Shown here piece by piece: positions 32,856-41,057 of a stretch of DNA of 64,000 nt (within the stretch, counting starts at the first letter, position 1; every line of letters starts with the position of its first letter). A model generated the notes under the pieces. The model was not told the origin of the DNA and did no database searches. It saw nothing but the letters and a program-made list of their open reading frames with translations. Source of the DNA: a virus (taxonomy: Duplodnaviria > Caudoviricetes); the IMG/VR virus record IMGVR_UViG_3300021387_000357, positions 1 through 64,000 of that record. The stretch is one strand, 5' to 3'. The position numbers and the translations under genes were made by a program.

Positions 32856-33140
32856 TTATTATAAAAATTCTAATTCTCAACCAAATAATCAGGAACTTTT
32901 CTAAACAGCCCGCCTGATGGCGTGAGAATTTTATGGACGCGTGATGGAATGGGTATACATACGGGACTTTTACTTAGCAACATAAAAAGAGCCTTATGTA
33001 GGAAACTATATGAGTGGAGGTGGCTAATTCGGCGAATAGCTAAGAGAACGCCGAGCTAAAATTTTTGGACAAAACTTAAAAATTTAATTAAAATTATTTT
33101 AATATAATATAGAAAAAATAATTTTAAGGAGATTTTTAAT

Positions 33141-33575
33141 ATGGCTGAAAAATATACATTAAGTGAAGTTTTTGTAAAAAATAGTCCTGTCACACAAAAA
33201 GTTTTACGAGGATATATTACTAGACACAGTGTAATTCCTTATAAATGTAAAATTTGTGGGTGTGATGGAAATTGGCAAAATGGACAAATTTCATTATAGT
33301 TGCATCATGAAGATGGTGATAATTCTAATAATGAAATTTCAAATCTTTGTTATTTATGTCCTAATTGTCATGCTCTAACAGATAATTACAGAGGAAGAAA
33401 TAAAGATATTGATAGTCAAAAATAGCCAACTGTAATTTCATAGGAATAGTTTGTTAATGCTTTAAAAATAAAACCAAATATTCGACAAGCATTAATATTC
33501 TTAGGACTTGCTCCAAAAGGAGCTAATTATACAAGAGCAAATAACTTAATTGAAAAATATGGCATCCAAAAATAA
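33141..33575 (+). CDS. intron-encoded HNH homing endonuclease (four in-frame TAG)
   Basis: CKICG...L[TAG]LHHEDGDNSNNEISNLCYLCPNCHA; AAGGAG RBS; ends TAA. Confidence 0.85.
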
Positions 33576-33650
33576 ATGTGTAGAGACTATATACCACCTA
33601 CCTAAGTCAATGATGATATGGTAAAGACATAGTCCAGACTACAACATATT

Positions 33651-33762
33651 AAAAAGTATATAACGATATTAGTTCAATTGGTAGAACGCACTATCGTTTG
33701 GCTTGAAAAAAGTTTAAGTAGTGTAACCTTGGTTCGAATCCATGTAAGTTATATACTTTTTT
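33651..33762 (+). ncRNA. tRNA-like domain nested in intron P9 region
   Basis: AAAAAGTATATAAC/GTTATATACTTTTT stem; GTTC-AATTGGTA-GAAC D arm; CACTA/TAGTG stem with enlarged loop; TTGG-TTCGAAT-CCA T arm. Confidence 0.65.
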
Positions 33763-33895
33763 ATATGGCTATGGTGACATAGAGTAGTAAGAAAATCCCG
33801 GGAACGCAAGTTCATGTGGGTTCGACTCCCATCGCGTCCACTATTGATACGATAGAAATATCGTATCAAATTTTTTTGCAAAAGGAGAGTTTAAA

Positions 33896-35368
33896 ATGAA
33901 AAATAAGTTTGTTTAGACAGGCCTCATTGCTTCTATGATTTCAACTATGATGCTTTCAACGGCGTTTGCCGCAAATCATTGGAGTGATGAGGACGGAACT
34001 TGGAAGTATTTTGACAAAAATAATACAGTAATTACTAATAGTTGGGCGAAGTCAGGTGAGAACTGGTATTATGTAGACGATCAAGGTAATATGCTTATTG
34101 ATACTCTATTTGAAGACGATGATAACTATTACTATTTTGATTCTACTGGTGCTATGGTTCGTAACACATGGATTAATTATGAAGATAATTGGTATTATTT
34201 TAAAGAAGATGGAAAGGCATATACGACTAAGAAAGATGAACTTACTTCATCAAATTTAAAGACTATTAATGGTCAAAAGTATGCTTTTGATTCTGAAGGA
34301 AAAATGCTTTATGGGTGGATTGATGCTTCTAGCTTGACATCTGTTGATGAAGATGATTCAGATGGATGGAAATCCGCAATGTATTATGCTGGTGAAAAAG
34401 ATGATGGAGCCATTAAAATTGGCTGGTATCAAATTGAAGTAGAAGATGATGATGAATTAAAGGATTATTGGTTTTACTTTAAACCAACAGGGAAAAAGTC
34501 TTTAGATGAAAAAAAGACTATTAATGGTTCTACATATCGCTTTGATACAGAAGATGGTCATATGTTGAGTGAATGGGCGGCAACCGCATCTTCTTCAATT
34601 GCTTCATCTAGTAATATGACTTATATGAACCCAGATGGTATAATGATTAAGAAAAAGTGGTTTTGGGCTATTCCAGATGAAGATTATATCCAAGAAGATT
34701 ATGATAATGATGAATATTCTTGGTGGTATGCTGATAATAGCGGTAAGATTGTAAAGAGTACAATTAAGAAAATTAATAATAAAAATTATGTTTTTGATGA
34801 TATGGGACGTATGCTTTATGGTCTTGTAACTTTTGAAGACGATGAATATACCAATAAATCTGGTGATACAGAGTATATTGATATGTCTAGTGACCAAATT
34901 AAGGAATTAGATTTTGAAAAACTTTATTATTTTTCAACAGAAGAAGATGGTTCTCGTAAAAATGGTACAGTAAAAATTGAACTTGCAGATGATACATACG
35001 AATTTTACTTTAAGAATAATGGCGAAGCTGAGAATGGCTATGTTTCTAAAATTAAGAAATTTGTAAAAAATGGTATTATTCTTGAAGCTAATGCAAGTGA
35101 AGGTAAGTTTGCAGGAATTGATGCTGACTACGATGGCGGCTATAAATTAAATAGTGGAACTATTTCCTATGGAAGCGATATTGCAGAGGGGCAGATCTTA
35201 GTTAGTACAAATGGATCAATCGCTAAAAATAAGAACAATGTTAATGATGGTAATGATATTTATATCTTTACTGATAAAAATGGGGTAGTCCTTTATGCTG
35301 GTGAAAAATTAAAGTCAAGAAAAGATGGTTCCATTGAAATTAAGGGAAAGACATACGAAATTGATTAA
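33896..35368 (+). CDS. secreted cell-wall-binding (choline-binding-like) repeat protein; TAG at codon 7
   Basis: GGAGAG RBS before ATG 33896; signal peptide; repeated W..W.Y.F..G units typical of Lachnospiraceae surface proteins. Confidence 0.8.
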
Positions 35369-35451
35369 TTATTTTACAAAGGGAAGAAAAAATCTTCCCT
35401 TTGATTTTTTATAAAAAATTTTATATAATATTATTATAGTTAAGGAGGAAT

Positions 35452-35958
35452 ATGAGAAAATTAATTTTTATGAGTTTGCTAATGTGTTCTTTAATTGCTA
35501 TTGACTCAAATGCAGCAAAAAGACGTCATGTATTTTTAAATAAAGAAAGTCGACCATATTATGTAGAGCCAATTCCAGAGGAAGAACCAATAGAGCAAGG
35601 ACCTCCTGAAGCTATTGATGGTACTATTAATGAAGTTTATGTTGAAGCTTTAAAAGAACCAGAACCAATTTTAGAATCTATTGGAAAATATAAATTAACT
35701 TTTTATTGTCCTTGTCGCCAATGCTCAGGTGGATGGGGATATCAAACATCTTCAGGAGCAACTTGTCAAGAGGGTGTAACTGTAGCGTGTGCAATTCTTC
35801 CTCCAGGAACCCAAATTTATATTGAAGGTTATGGAAATAGAGTTGTTCAAGATACTGGCGGCGGAGTTCGTGGAAAACATATTGATATTTTTATGGAAAG
35901 TCACTCTGAATGTTTAAGACATGGAGAAAAATATGCGGAAATTTATCTAGTGAAATAA
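35452..35958 (+). CDS. 3D-domain (lytic transglycosylase-like) protein
   Basis: YKLTFYC...TVAC..LPPGTQIYIEGYGNRVVQDTGG..HIDIF. Confidence 0.85.
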   Translation: MRKLIFMSLLMCSLIAIDSNAAKRRHVFLNKESRPYYVEPIPEEEPIEQGPPEAIDGTINEVYVEALKEPEPILESIGKYKLTFYCPCRQCSGGWGYQTSSGATCQEGVTVACAILPPGTQIYIEGYGNRVVQDTGGGVRGKHIDIFMESHSECLRHGEKYAEIYLVK

Positions 35959-36047
35959 AAGTTTTTTGATTTTTAATAAAAATTATATTATAATATTTAT
36001 ATAAGATAAAAAACAAAACAAAATAAAAAGAAAAGGAAGTAAAAATT

Positions 36048-36371
36048 ATGGCAAAGTATAAGTTTATTCACAATGGTAAGGAAACTATTTGTATTTCTTC
36101 ATATGCTAAGAGAACTGTTAAGGGTGTGGCAAAAGCAAATCCCAATGATTCTTATGACAAAGAAAAGGGTGAACTTCTTGCCAAGGCAAGATGTGATTAT
36201 AAGGTGGCTTGTAAAAGAGTAAAGAATGCTTCAAATAGACTTCATGAAGCAGAAACTTTTGTAGATGATGTAACCACTTATTACAAGAGAATGATGGATT
36301 ATTATGATGATGCAATGAGTGAGATGACAATGGCAAAAAATAATCTTGAAAGTTTGCTTGAAAGTCTATAA
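36048..36371 (+). CDS. conserved phage hypothetical protein
   Basis: Promoter, RBS; DSYDKEKGELLAKAR motif. Confidence 0.75.
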   Translation: MAKYKFIHNGKETICISSYAKRTVKGVAKANPNDSYDKEKGELLAKARCDYKVACKRVKNASNRLHEAETFVDDVTTYYKRMMDYYDDAMSEMTMAKNNLESLLESL

Positions 36372-36596
36372 AATTATCTGTTGATTTTTAAAAAATTTTT
36401 TGTTATAATATCTTTAGAAAAAGTTAACAATCATATTTGAAAGAGAGGTAGCCATATGTTTACTGTTATTTATCTTGATGACTTTAACCGCAAGCACTTG
36501 ACTGTTGTAAAGAATATGATGGAACTTAAGTTTTTTAAGGATAGGTTTTTCGTTGTTGAATATCATGTAATTGAAAAGTAACACATAGTGTTACGT

Positions 36597-36669
36597 AGGG
36601 ATTTAGTGTTAGCGGATAGCACACTGGTCTCCAAAACCAGAAGGATTGGTTCGAATCCAATAGTTCCTG
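36597..36669 (+). tRNA. trnW: tRNA-Trp(CCA)
   Basis: Cloverleaf; loop CTCCAAA. Confidence 0.9.
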
Positions 36670-36674
36670 TTTAT

Positions 36675-36760
36675 GGCGCGGTATCGAAGTGGTCATAACG
36701 AGGCTGTCTTGAAAACAGCTTGCCTGAAAGGGCACGGGGGTTCAAATCCCTCCCGCGTCG
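36675..36760 (+). tRNA. trnS: tRNA-Ser(TGA)
   Basis: Cloverleaf, long variable arm; loop CTTGAAA. Confidence 0.9.
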
Positions 36761-36849
36761 CTTCGAGGTTAATTAGCTACTAACTAAGAACGAGAATGAA
36801 ACCCAGGAAAACCGCGAAGTATCTCGTTAATCACTACGGCGGTACGCGT

Positions 36850-36939
36850 GGCGTCGTAAACCTAATAGGTAAGGTAAAGGATTGCTAATCCTTGAGTAAT
36901 CGAGTAATCGGTGTACTGGTTCAAACCCAGTCGACGTCG
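36850..36939 (+). tRNA. trnS: tRNA-Ser(GCT)
   Basis: Cloverleaf, long variable arm; loop TTGCTAA. Confidence 0.85.
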
Positions 36940-37291
36940 TTTAAAATAGATAATATAAAGACGTTTAAGTTGCTTATTATACGGAGAACAAAACACATGG
37001 ACCCTGGTATTCGCCGAGACCGAGGCGGTGTCATATTCAATATCGGTTAAAGGTATAATTATTATCTATTTTAAAATAAAAAAGGAAATTGTTATGATAA
37101 AAAAAATTATTCTTTCTAAAAAAGATTCAATTAATTTTATTTCTTCTTTAATTAAGCCTTCAATTAACGAAATTAAAATACATAATAATCAAATAAATAA
37201 AATTAATAATAATATTGTAATAAATTATAATGATAATGGATTTGAAGCTACTATTGTTGATTTAGATTTATCTTTTTTAGATAATTTATCT

Positions 37292-37376
37292 CGGAGAGTA
37301 GACCGTTAAAGTAGACGGGTGAGTCTGTAAAACTCATGACCTTGGTCCCGAGTGGGTGCGATTCCCTCTTCTCCGA
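37292..37376 (+). tRNA. trnY: tRNA-Tyr(GTA), atypical D and T loops
   Basis: TGAGT-CTGTAAA-ACTCA; long variable arm. Confidence 0.75.
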
Positions 37377-37472
37377 CTTGGGTATTGCTTCCCAAAGGAA
37401 CACATGTGGAAAATTAAAGTAAAAACTTGTTTTAGTGACAAGAACGTTTCAGTAAAAAACATCTTGTTAACA

Positions 37473-37548
37473 GGGGCTTGGGACTGCAAGGGGTGGTCAT
37501 CTGTTTTGCAAACAGAAAATCAGATGGGTTCAATTCCCATAAGCTCCA
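37473..37548 (+). tRNA. trnA: tRNA-Ala(TGC)
   Basis: GGGGCTT/AAGCTCC acceptor with G3.U70; loop TTTGCAA. Confidence 0.85.
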
Positions 37549-37853
37549 TTTAAAATTTTATTTGATTTTTAATAAAAATTTTAATATAATATATATGTAA
37601 GTTAAAGAAAGGAAAATAAAGAAATGACTGTTAGAGAATTGATTCAGACATTACTTTTAGAAGCACCTGATCTTGATGCGAATATATATATTGAAAGTGA
37701 ATTAGATGAGATTGAAATGTATAACCATAAAATTCTTAATATTTCATCTCAAGGTTCAAATGATAGTGTAATAATTGAGATTACAAGATAATAAAATTGT
37801 TTTTTTAAAAAATTTTTGATATAATATATAAGTAAGATAAAAAAGGAGAGAAA

Positions 37854-38180
37854 ATGAAGGTTTGGATAGATGATATTCGTCCTATTCCAGAAGGATATGA
37901 TATCTGGATTAAGAGAGTAGATGAAGCTATTGATTTCATTTCTACTCACAAAGATGAAATTTCTCTTCTTGATTTAGATCACGATGCTGGTGATTATTTT
38001 TGTTATGGCGGAGATTATATTAAAATTTTAGATTGGATGGAAGAGGAAGGTATCTCTATTCCTGTTTCTATTCATAGCGGAAATCCATATGGTATTCAAA
38101 AAATGTGGCAGATAATTCAGCATTGTGGATGGAAATATGTAGAGTCTCCTGATGAATATACGCTTGATGTAATTTTATAA
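37854..38180 (+). CDS. cyclic-phosphate-processing receiver-domain-like protein
   Basis: KVWIDDIRPIP...ISLLDLDHDAG...IHSGNPYG pattern of this family. Confidence 0.7.
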   Translation: MKVWIDDIRPIPEGYDIWIKRVDEAIDFISTHKDEISLLDLDHDAGDYFCYGGDYIKILDWMEEEGISIPVSIHSGNPYGIQKMWQIIQHCGWKYVESPDEYTLDVIL

Positions 38181-38192
38181 AAAGAGGGAAAA

Positions 38193-38459
38193 ATGAAGTT
38201 ATTACATAATGTTAATGATGTAAACAATTTTTGGGAATACATTGATAAATGTAAAGGACCAGTTCTTTTAATAAAAAATGATGGATCTGAAACATTAAAT
38301 TTAAAATCAACTCTTAGCCGTTATATTGCAGTTGGTGAATTGCTTAAAGAGCATGGCGATGAATATGAACTTTTTTGTGTAGAAAAAAATGATGAAATTT
38401 TAATGTTAAATTTTTTCGATTATTTACATTCAGAAAGAAGAAATAATAGTGCAAATTAA
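38193..38459 (+). CDS. small HPr-like-fold protein of Clostridia
   Basis: IDKCKGPV...LNLKSTLSRYIA pattern. Confidence 0.55.
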   Translation: MKLLHNVNDVNNFWEYIDKCKGPVLLIKNDGSETLNLKSTLSRYIAVGELLKEHGDEYELFCVEKNDEILMLNFFDYLHSERRNNSAN

Positions 38460-38647
38460 TGATTGTGCGTTTTGAAATCAGTTTAACGATGTTAAACAAT
38501 AAATTTGTCTCTTGTGGGCACAGACATTAAAAAAAACCTTCTGAACAACTAACGTTGAGGGCTGGAGCATACTGACAAGTCAAGTATGGGAAAGATTTTC
38601 TCCAGAAGAGCGGTGGTATCGTCTCAAATATTGCTATATTGCATTTA

Positions 38648-38719
38648 CGGGGCGTAGCGTAGCGGTGACGCACTAGTTTTGGGAACTAGGTCAGGCAGGT
38701 TCGACCCCTGTCGCCCCGA
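38648..38719 (+). tRNA. trnP: tRNA-Pro(TGG)
   Basis: Cloverleaf; loop TTTGGGA. Confidence 0.9.
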
Positions 38720-38722
38720 CTA

Positions 38723-38838
38723 AAGACATATACAGCAAAAATAACAAAAAAATTTTGTATCGTGAGTTCGAATCTCATCTAATGTGCTTAACATTTGTAG
38801 CCAAGTTGGAAAGGCAAGAATTTTATTAATATGTCTTG
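38723..38838 (+). ncRNA. ACAGCAA-motif RNA copy 4 with circularly permuted tRNA domain (YrlA-like topology)
   Basis: AAGACATAT/ATATGTCTT stem; then T arm GTGAG-TTCGAAT-CTCAT, loop-closed acceptor CTAATGT-GCTTA-ACATTTG, D arm GCC-AAGTTGGAAA-GGC. Confidence 0.75.
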
Positions 38839-38858
38839 TTTTTAAAAGGAGAGAAAAA

Positions 38859-39128
38859 ATGTTTCATAATATTGTAATAGGAAAACCATTAGTTGAACCT
38901 TGGGAGCTTATTTCTTCTTCAAGAGAAGAATTTGAAAAATTTGATAAAAGAGATACTCTTTTTACTAATGAAAGATTTCTTCCTGCAATTTTAGTTGAAG
39001 CTGGAATCGTTCCTTCTCGCGGAGAAGTTAGAAGGAATAAACCTGAATTATGTAAAACGCTAAATGAATTGGATTGCCTTTGGGTTAAATGGGGTAAGAA
39101 AAAAATTTACATTATTGTTGGAGAATAA
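38859..39128 (+). CDS. S4-like RNA-binding domain protein (TyrRS C-terminal-like)
   Basis: AILVEAGIVPSRGEVRRN; AAGGAG RBS before ATG 38859. Confidence 0.65.
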   Translation: MFHNIVIGKPLVEPWELISSSREEFEKFDKRDTLFTNERFLPAILVEAGIVPSRGEVRRNKPELCKTLNELDCLWVKWGKKKIYIIVGE

Positions 39129-39192
39129 AATATCATAAATAATCCTGCGCGTGTCACCTAGGGGCTAGGGTAACGGACTTTTTGTACATTGT

Positions 39193-39265
39193 GAAGGTGT
39201 AACTCAGTTGGTAGAGTATCAAACTTTTAATTTGAGAGTCGCGAGTCCAAGTCTCGTCACCTTCA
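39193..39265 (+). tRNA. trnK: tRNA-Lys(TTT)
   Basis: Cloverleaf; TCAAA-CTTTTAA-TTTGA. Confidence 0.9.
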
Positions 39266-39290
39266 CAATGTACAAAAAGGAGTTTTATAT

Positions 39291-39713
39291 ATGAATAGTA
39301 AAGATAAAGGAAATATTGGAGAAGCAATTGTTCTTGCTTAGTTTGTAAAAAGAAATATAACTGTTTCAATTCCATTTGGAGATAATGCTAGATATGATTT
39401 AATAGCTTAGTTTAATGGAAAATTAAATAAAATTCAAGTTAAATATTGTCATCAAAAGATTAGTGGAACAGGTTCTATTTCTTATCCTTGTTCAAGTAGC
39501 TTAAATCATACAACAAATAAAGTAAGAACAACTTACGAAAATGAAATTGATTATTTTGCCTTTTATTTAGTTGAATGGAATAAAGTAATTTTAGTTCCCA
39601 TTGATGTTATTGGTTCTAAAAAAACTATTATGTTTAGATTAGATACACCAAAAAATAATCAAGGAAATTATAACATTGTTTCTGATTATGAATTTGATAA
39701 AATATTGAATTAA
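39291..39713 (+). CDS. free-standing PD-(D/E)XK homing endonuclease (two in-frame TAG)
   Basis: KGNIGEA...PFGDNARYDLIA[TAG]FNGKLNKIQVK; AAGGAG RBS; missed by ORF track. Confidence 0.8.
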
Positions 39714-39718
39714 TTAAT

Positions 39719-39833
39719 TATACGGTGGCGGAATAGGTAGACGTACACATGATGAAGCCCATTACGCTGAGTGTGTGAACATAGATAAGAGATTGCGATT
39801 GTTTATGTAAGGTGCAAATCCTTACCTGTATAA
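39719..39833 (+). ncRNA. tRNA-Leu-like element with expanded anticodon and variable regions
   Basis: TG-GCG-GAATAGGTAGA-CGT D arm; CACAT/GTGTG stem with 20-nt loop; TAAGG-TGCAAAT-CCTTA. Confidence 0.55.
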
Positions 39834-39894
39834 TTCGCAATATAAGAATAGATTATTGCGTAAAATATTTTTTGTGAAAGGTAGGAATTTTACA

Positions 39895-40200
39895 ATGAAG
39901 ATTCTAAGTGAAAAGACAAACAAGTATTATGCAACAGTAGAAGAGTGCCAGGCCGCGGAAAAGGCATTTGACGAAGCCGAAGCAAAGAAAAAGGCAGATA
40001 CTGAAAAGCTAACTGCCGCGCGAAAGGAAAGAGCAAATGAAGTAGAGAAGGCATATAAAGAAAGTCTTAATGCCTCTAAACATTATCATGATTTGCTTGA
40101 TGCTTTCGTAAAGGATTATGGTAGTTTTCATATGACGGTTCATACAGGAAACCTTAATCCTTTTGATTCATTTTCTCATTTTTTTGATGCTTTCTTTTAA
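39895..40200 (+). CDS. conserved coiled-coil phage protein
   Basis: RBS before ATG 39895. Confidence 0.75.
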   Translation: MKILSEKTNKYYATVEECQAAEKAFDEAEAKKKADTEKLTAARKERANEVEKAYKESLNASKHYHDLLDAFVKDYGSFHMTVHTGNLNPFDSFSHFFDAFF

Positions 40201-40350
40201 GGTTTTATAAAATCTTAATTGATTTTTTAAAAAATTTTTGATATAATATATATATGAGAAATGAAAAAGTATTGAAACTTCTGTTGTTAAGTTAAGGAGA
40301 ATTAAAACTAACTACTTTAATTTTCTGATTTAAAGACAACAATAGTTATA

Positions 40351-40434
40351 AAGATACTTACAGCAAAAATAATTTTATAAAAAACATTATTAATCTCTTA
40401 ACAAGATTTAGTCAAAAAAATAGGTAGTATCTTG
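40351..40434 (+). ncRNA. ACAGCAA-motif RNA copy 5
   Basis: AAGATACT/AGTATCTT stem + ACAGCAA; internal AATCT-CTTAACA-AGATT hairpin. Confidence 0.7.
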
Positions 40435-40440
40435 TTTTAA

Positions 40441-40514
40441 TGGGGTATCGCCAAGTGGCTAAAGGCGGCGGACTTTGACTCCGCAATACGTTGGTTCGAA
40501 TCCAACTACCCCAG
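40441..40514 (+). tRNA. trnQ: tRNA-Gln(TTG)
   Basis: U1-A72, G73; loop CTTTGAC. Confidence 0.9.
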
Positions 40515-40662
40515 CTCAAGGTTATTAATGAAATTCTCAATAAAATCATAGATAAACCCAGTAGCAATAGACTTTATGAGAAATCTCATTAACAATTGAT
40601 CTTGATGTGAAAATCAAGTCACTAACATATGACCGTGACAGCCGGTAAAATGATTTTATCAA

Positions 40663-40735
40663 TGGGCTATCGCCAAATGGTAAGGCAATGGATTCTGATT
40701 CCGTTATTGTGAAGGTTCGAATCCTTCTAGCCCAG
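40663..40735 (+). tRNA. trnQ: tRNA-Gln(CTG)
   Basis: U1-A72, G73; loop TTCTGAT. Confidence 0.9.
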
Positions 40736-40738
40736 CTT

Positions 40739-40811
40739 GCGTCATTAATGTAATCGGCTAACATATTTGCCCTCCAAGCAAAAAACGTGAGTTCAAATCT
40801 CATATGACGCT
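40739..40811 (+). tRNA. trnG: tRNA-Gly(TCC)
   Basis: Cloverleaf; loop CCTCCAA; U73. Confidence 0.85.
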
Positions 40812-40821
40812 CTATGATTAA

Positions 40822-40886
40822 TAGACATAAACAGCAATAATAATTATGGGATCAACTTTTAATTGATACAGCCAATACGTGTCTAG
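40822..40886 (+). ncRNA. ACAGCAA-motif RNA copy 6 carrying a tRNA-Lys(UUU)-type anticodon stem-loop
   Basis: TAGACAT/GTGTCTA stem; ATCAA-CTTTTAA-TTGAT; last copy before the TROVE gene. Confidence 0.7.
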
Positions 40887-41057
40887 TTTAAAATTAAAGA
40901 ATATCATAGAAGTAACACACTTCAACTCCCTTTCTTTTGATTTTGGACTAGGTATTTATGCAATTTTAATACCTAGTCCTATCTTTTTTAGAAGAGATGT
41001 AACTATTTTATATAAGGCTTTTGATGAAAAATTTAGAGATAAAAGGAGATTAAAATT

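Larger units (their letters stand above)
32970..33791 (+). mobile_element. group I self-splicing intron
   Basis: P1 with U.G at splice site (IGS AAAAGAG), P/Q AATTCGGCGAA..AACGCCGAGC, R GTAGAGACTA, S AAGACATAGTCC, terminal G at 33791. Confidence 0.85.
32935..33840 (+). tRNA. trnL: tRNA-Leu(TAA) split by a group I intron (exons 32935-32969 and 33792-33840)
   Basis: Spliced anticodon arm CGGGA-CTT|AAAA-TCCCG; acceptor GGACGCG/CGCGTCC; long variable arm. Confidence 0.85.

Noticed and set aside
38784-38858. N-terminal extension of ORF 38784..39128
   Set aside because: Overlaps motif RNA copy 4; the real RBS precedes ATG 38859
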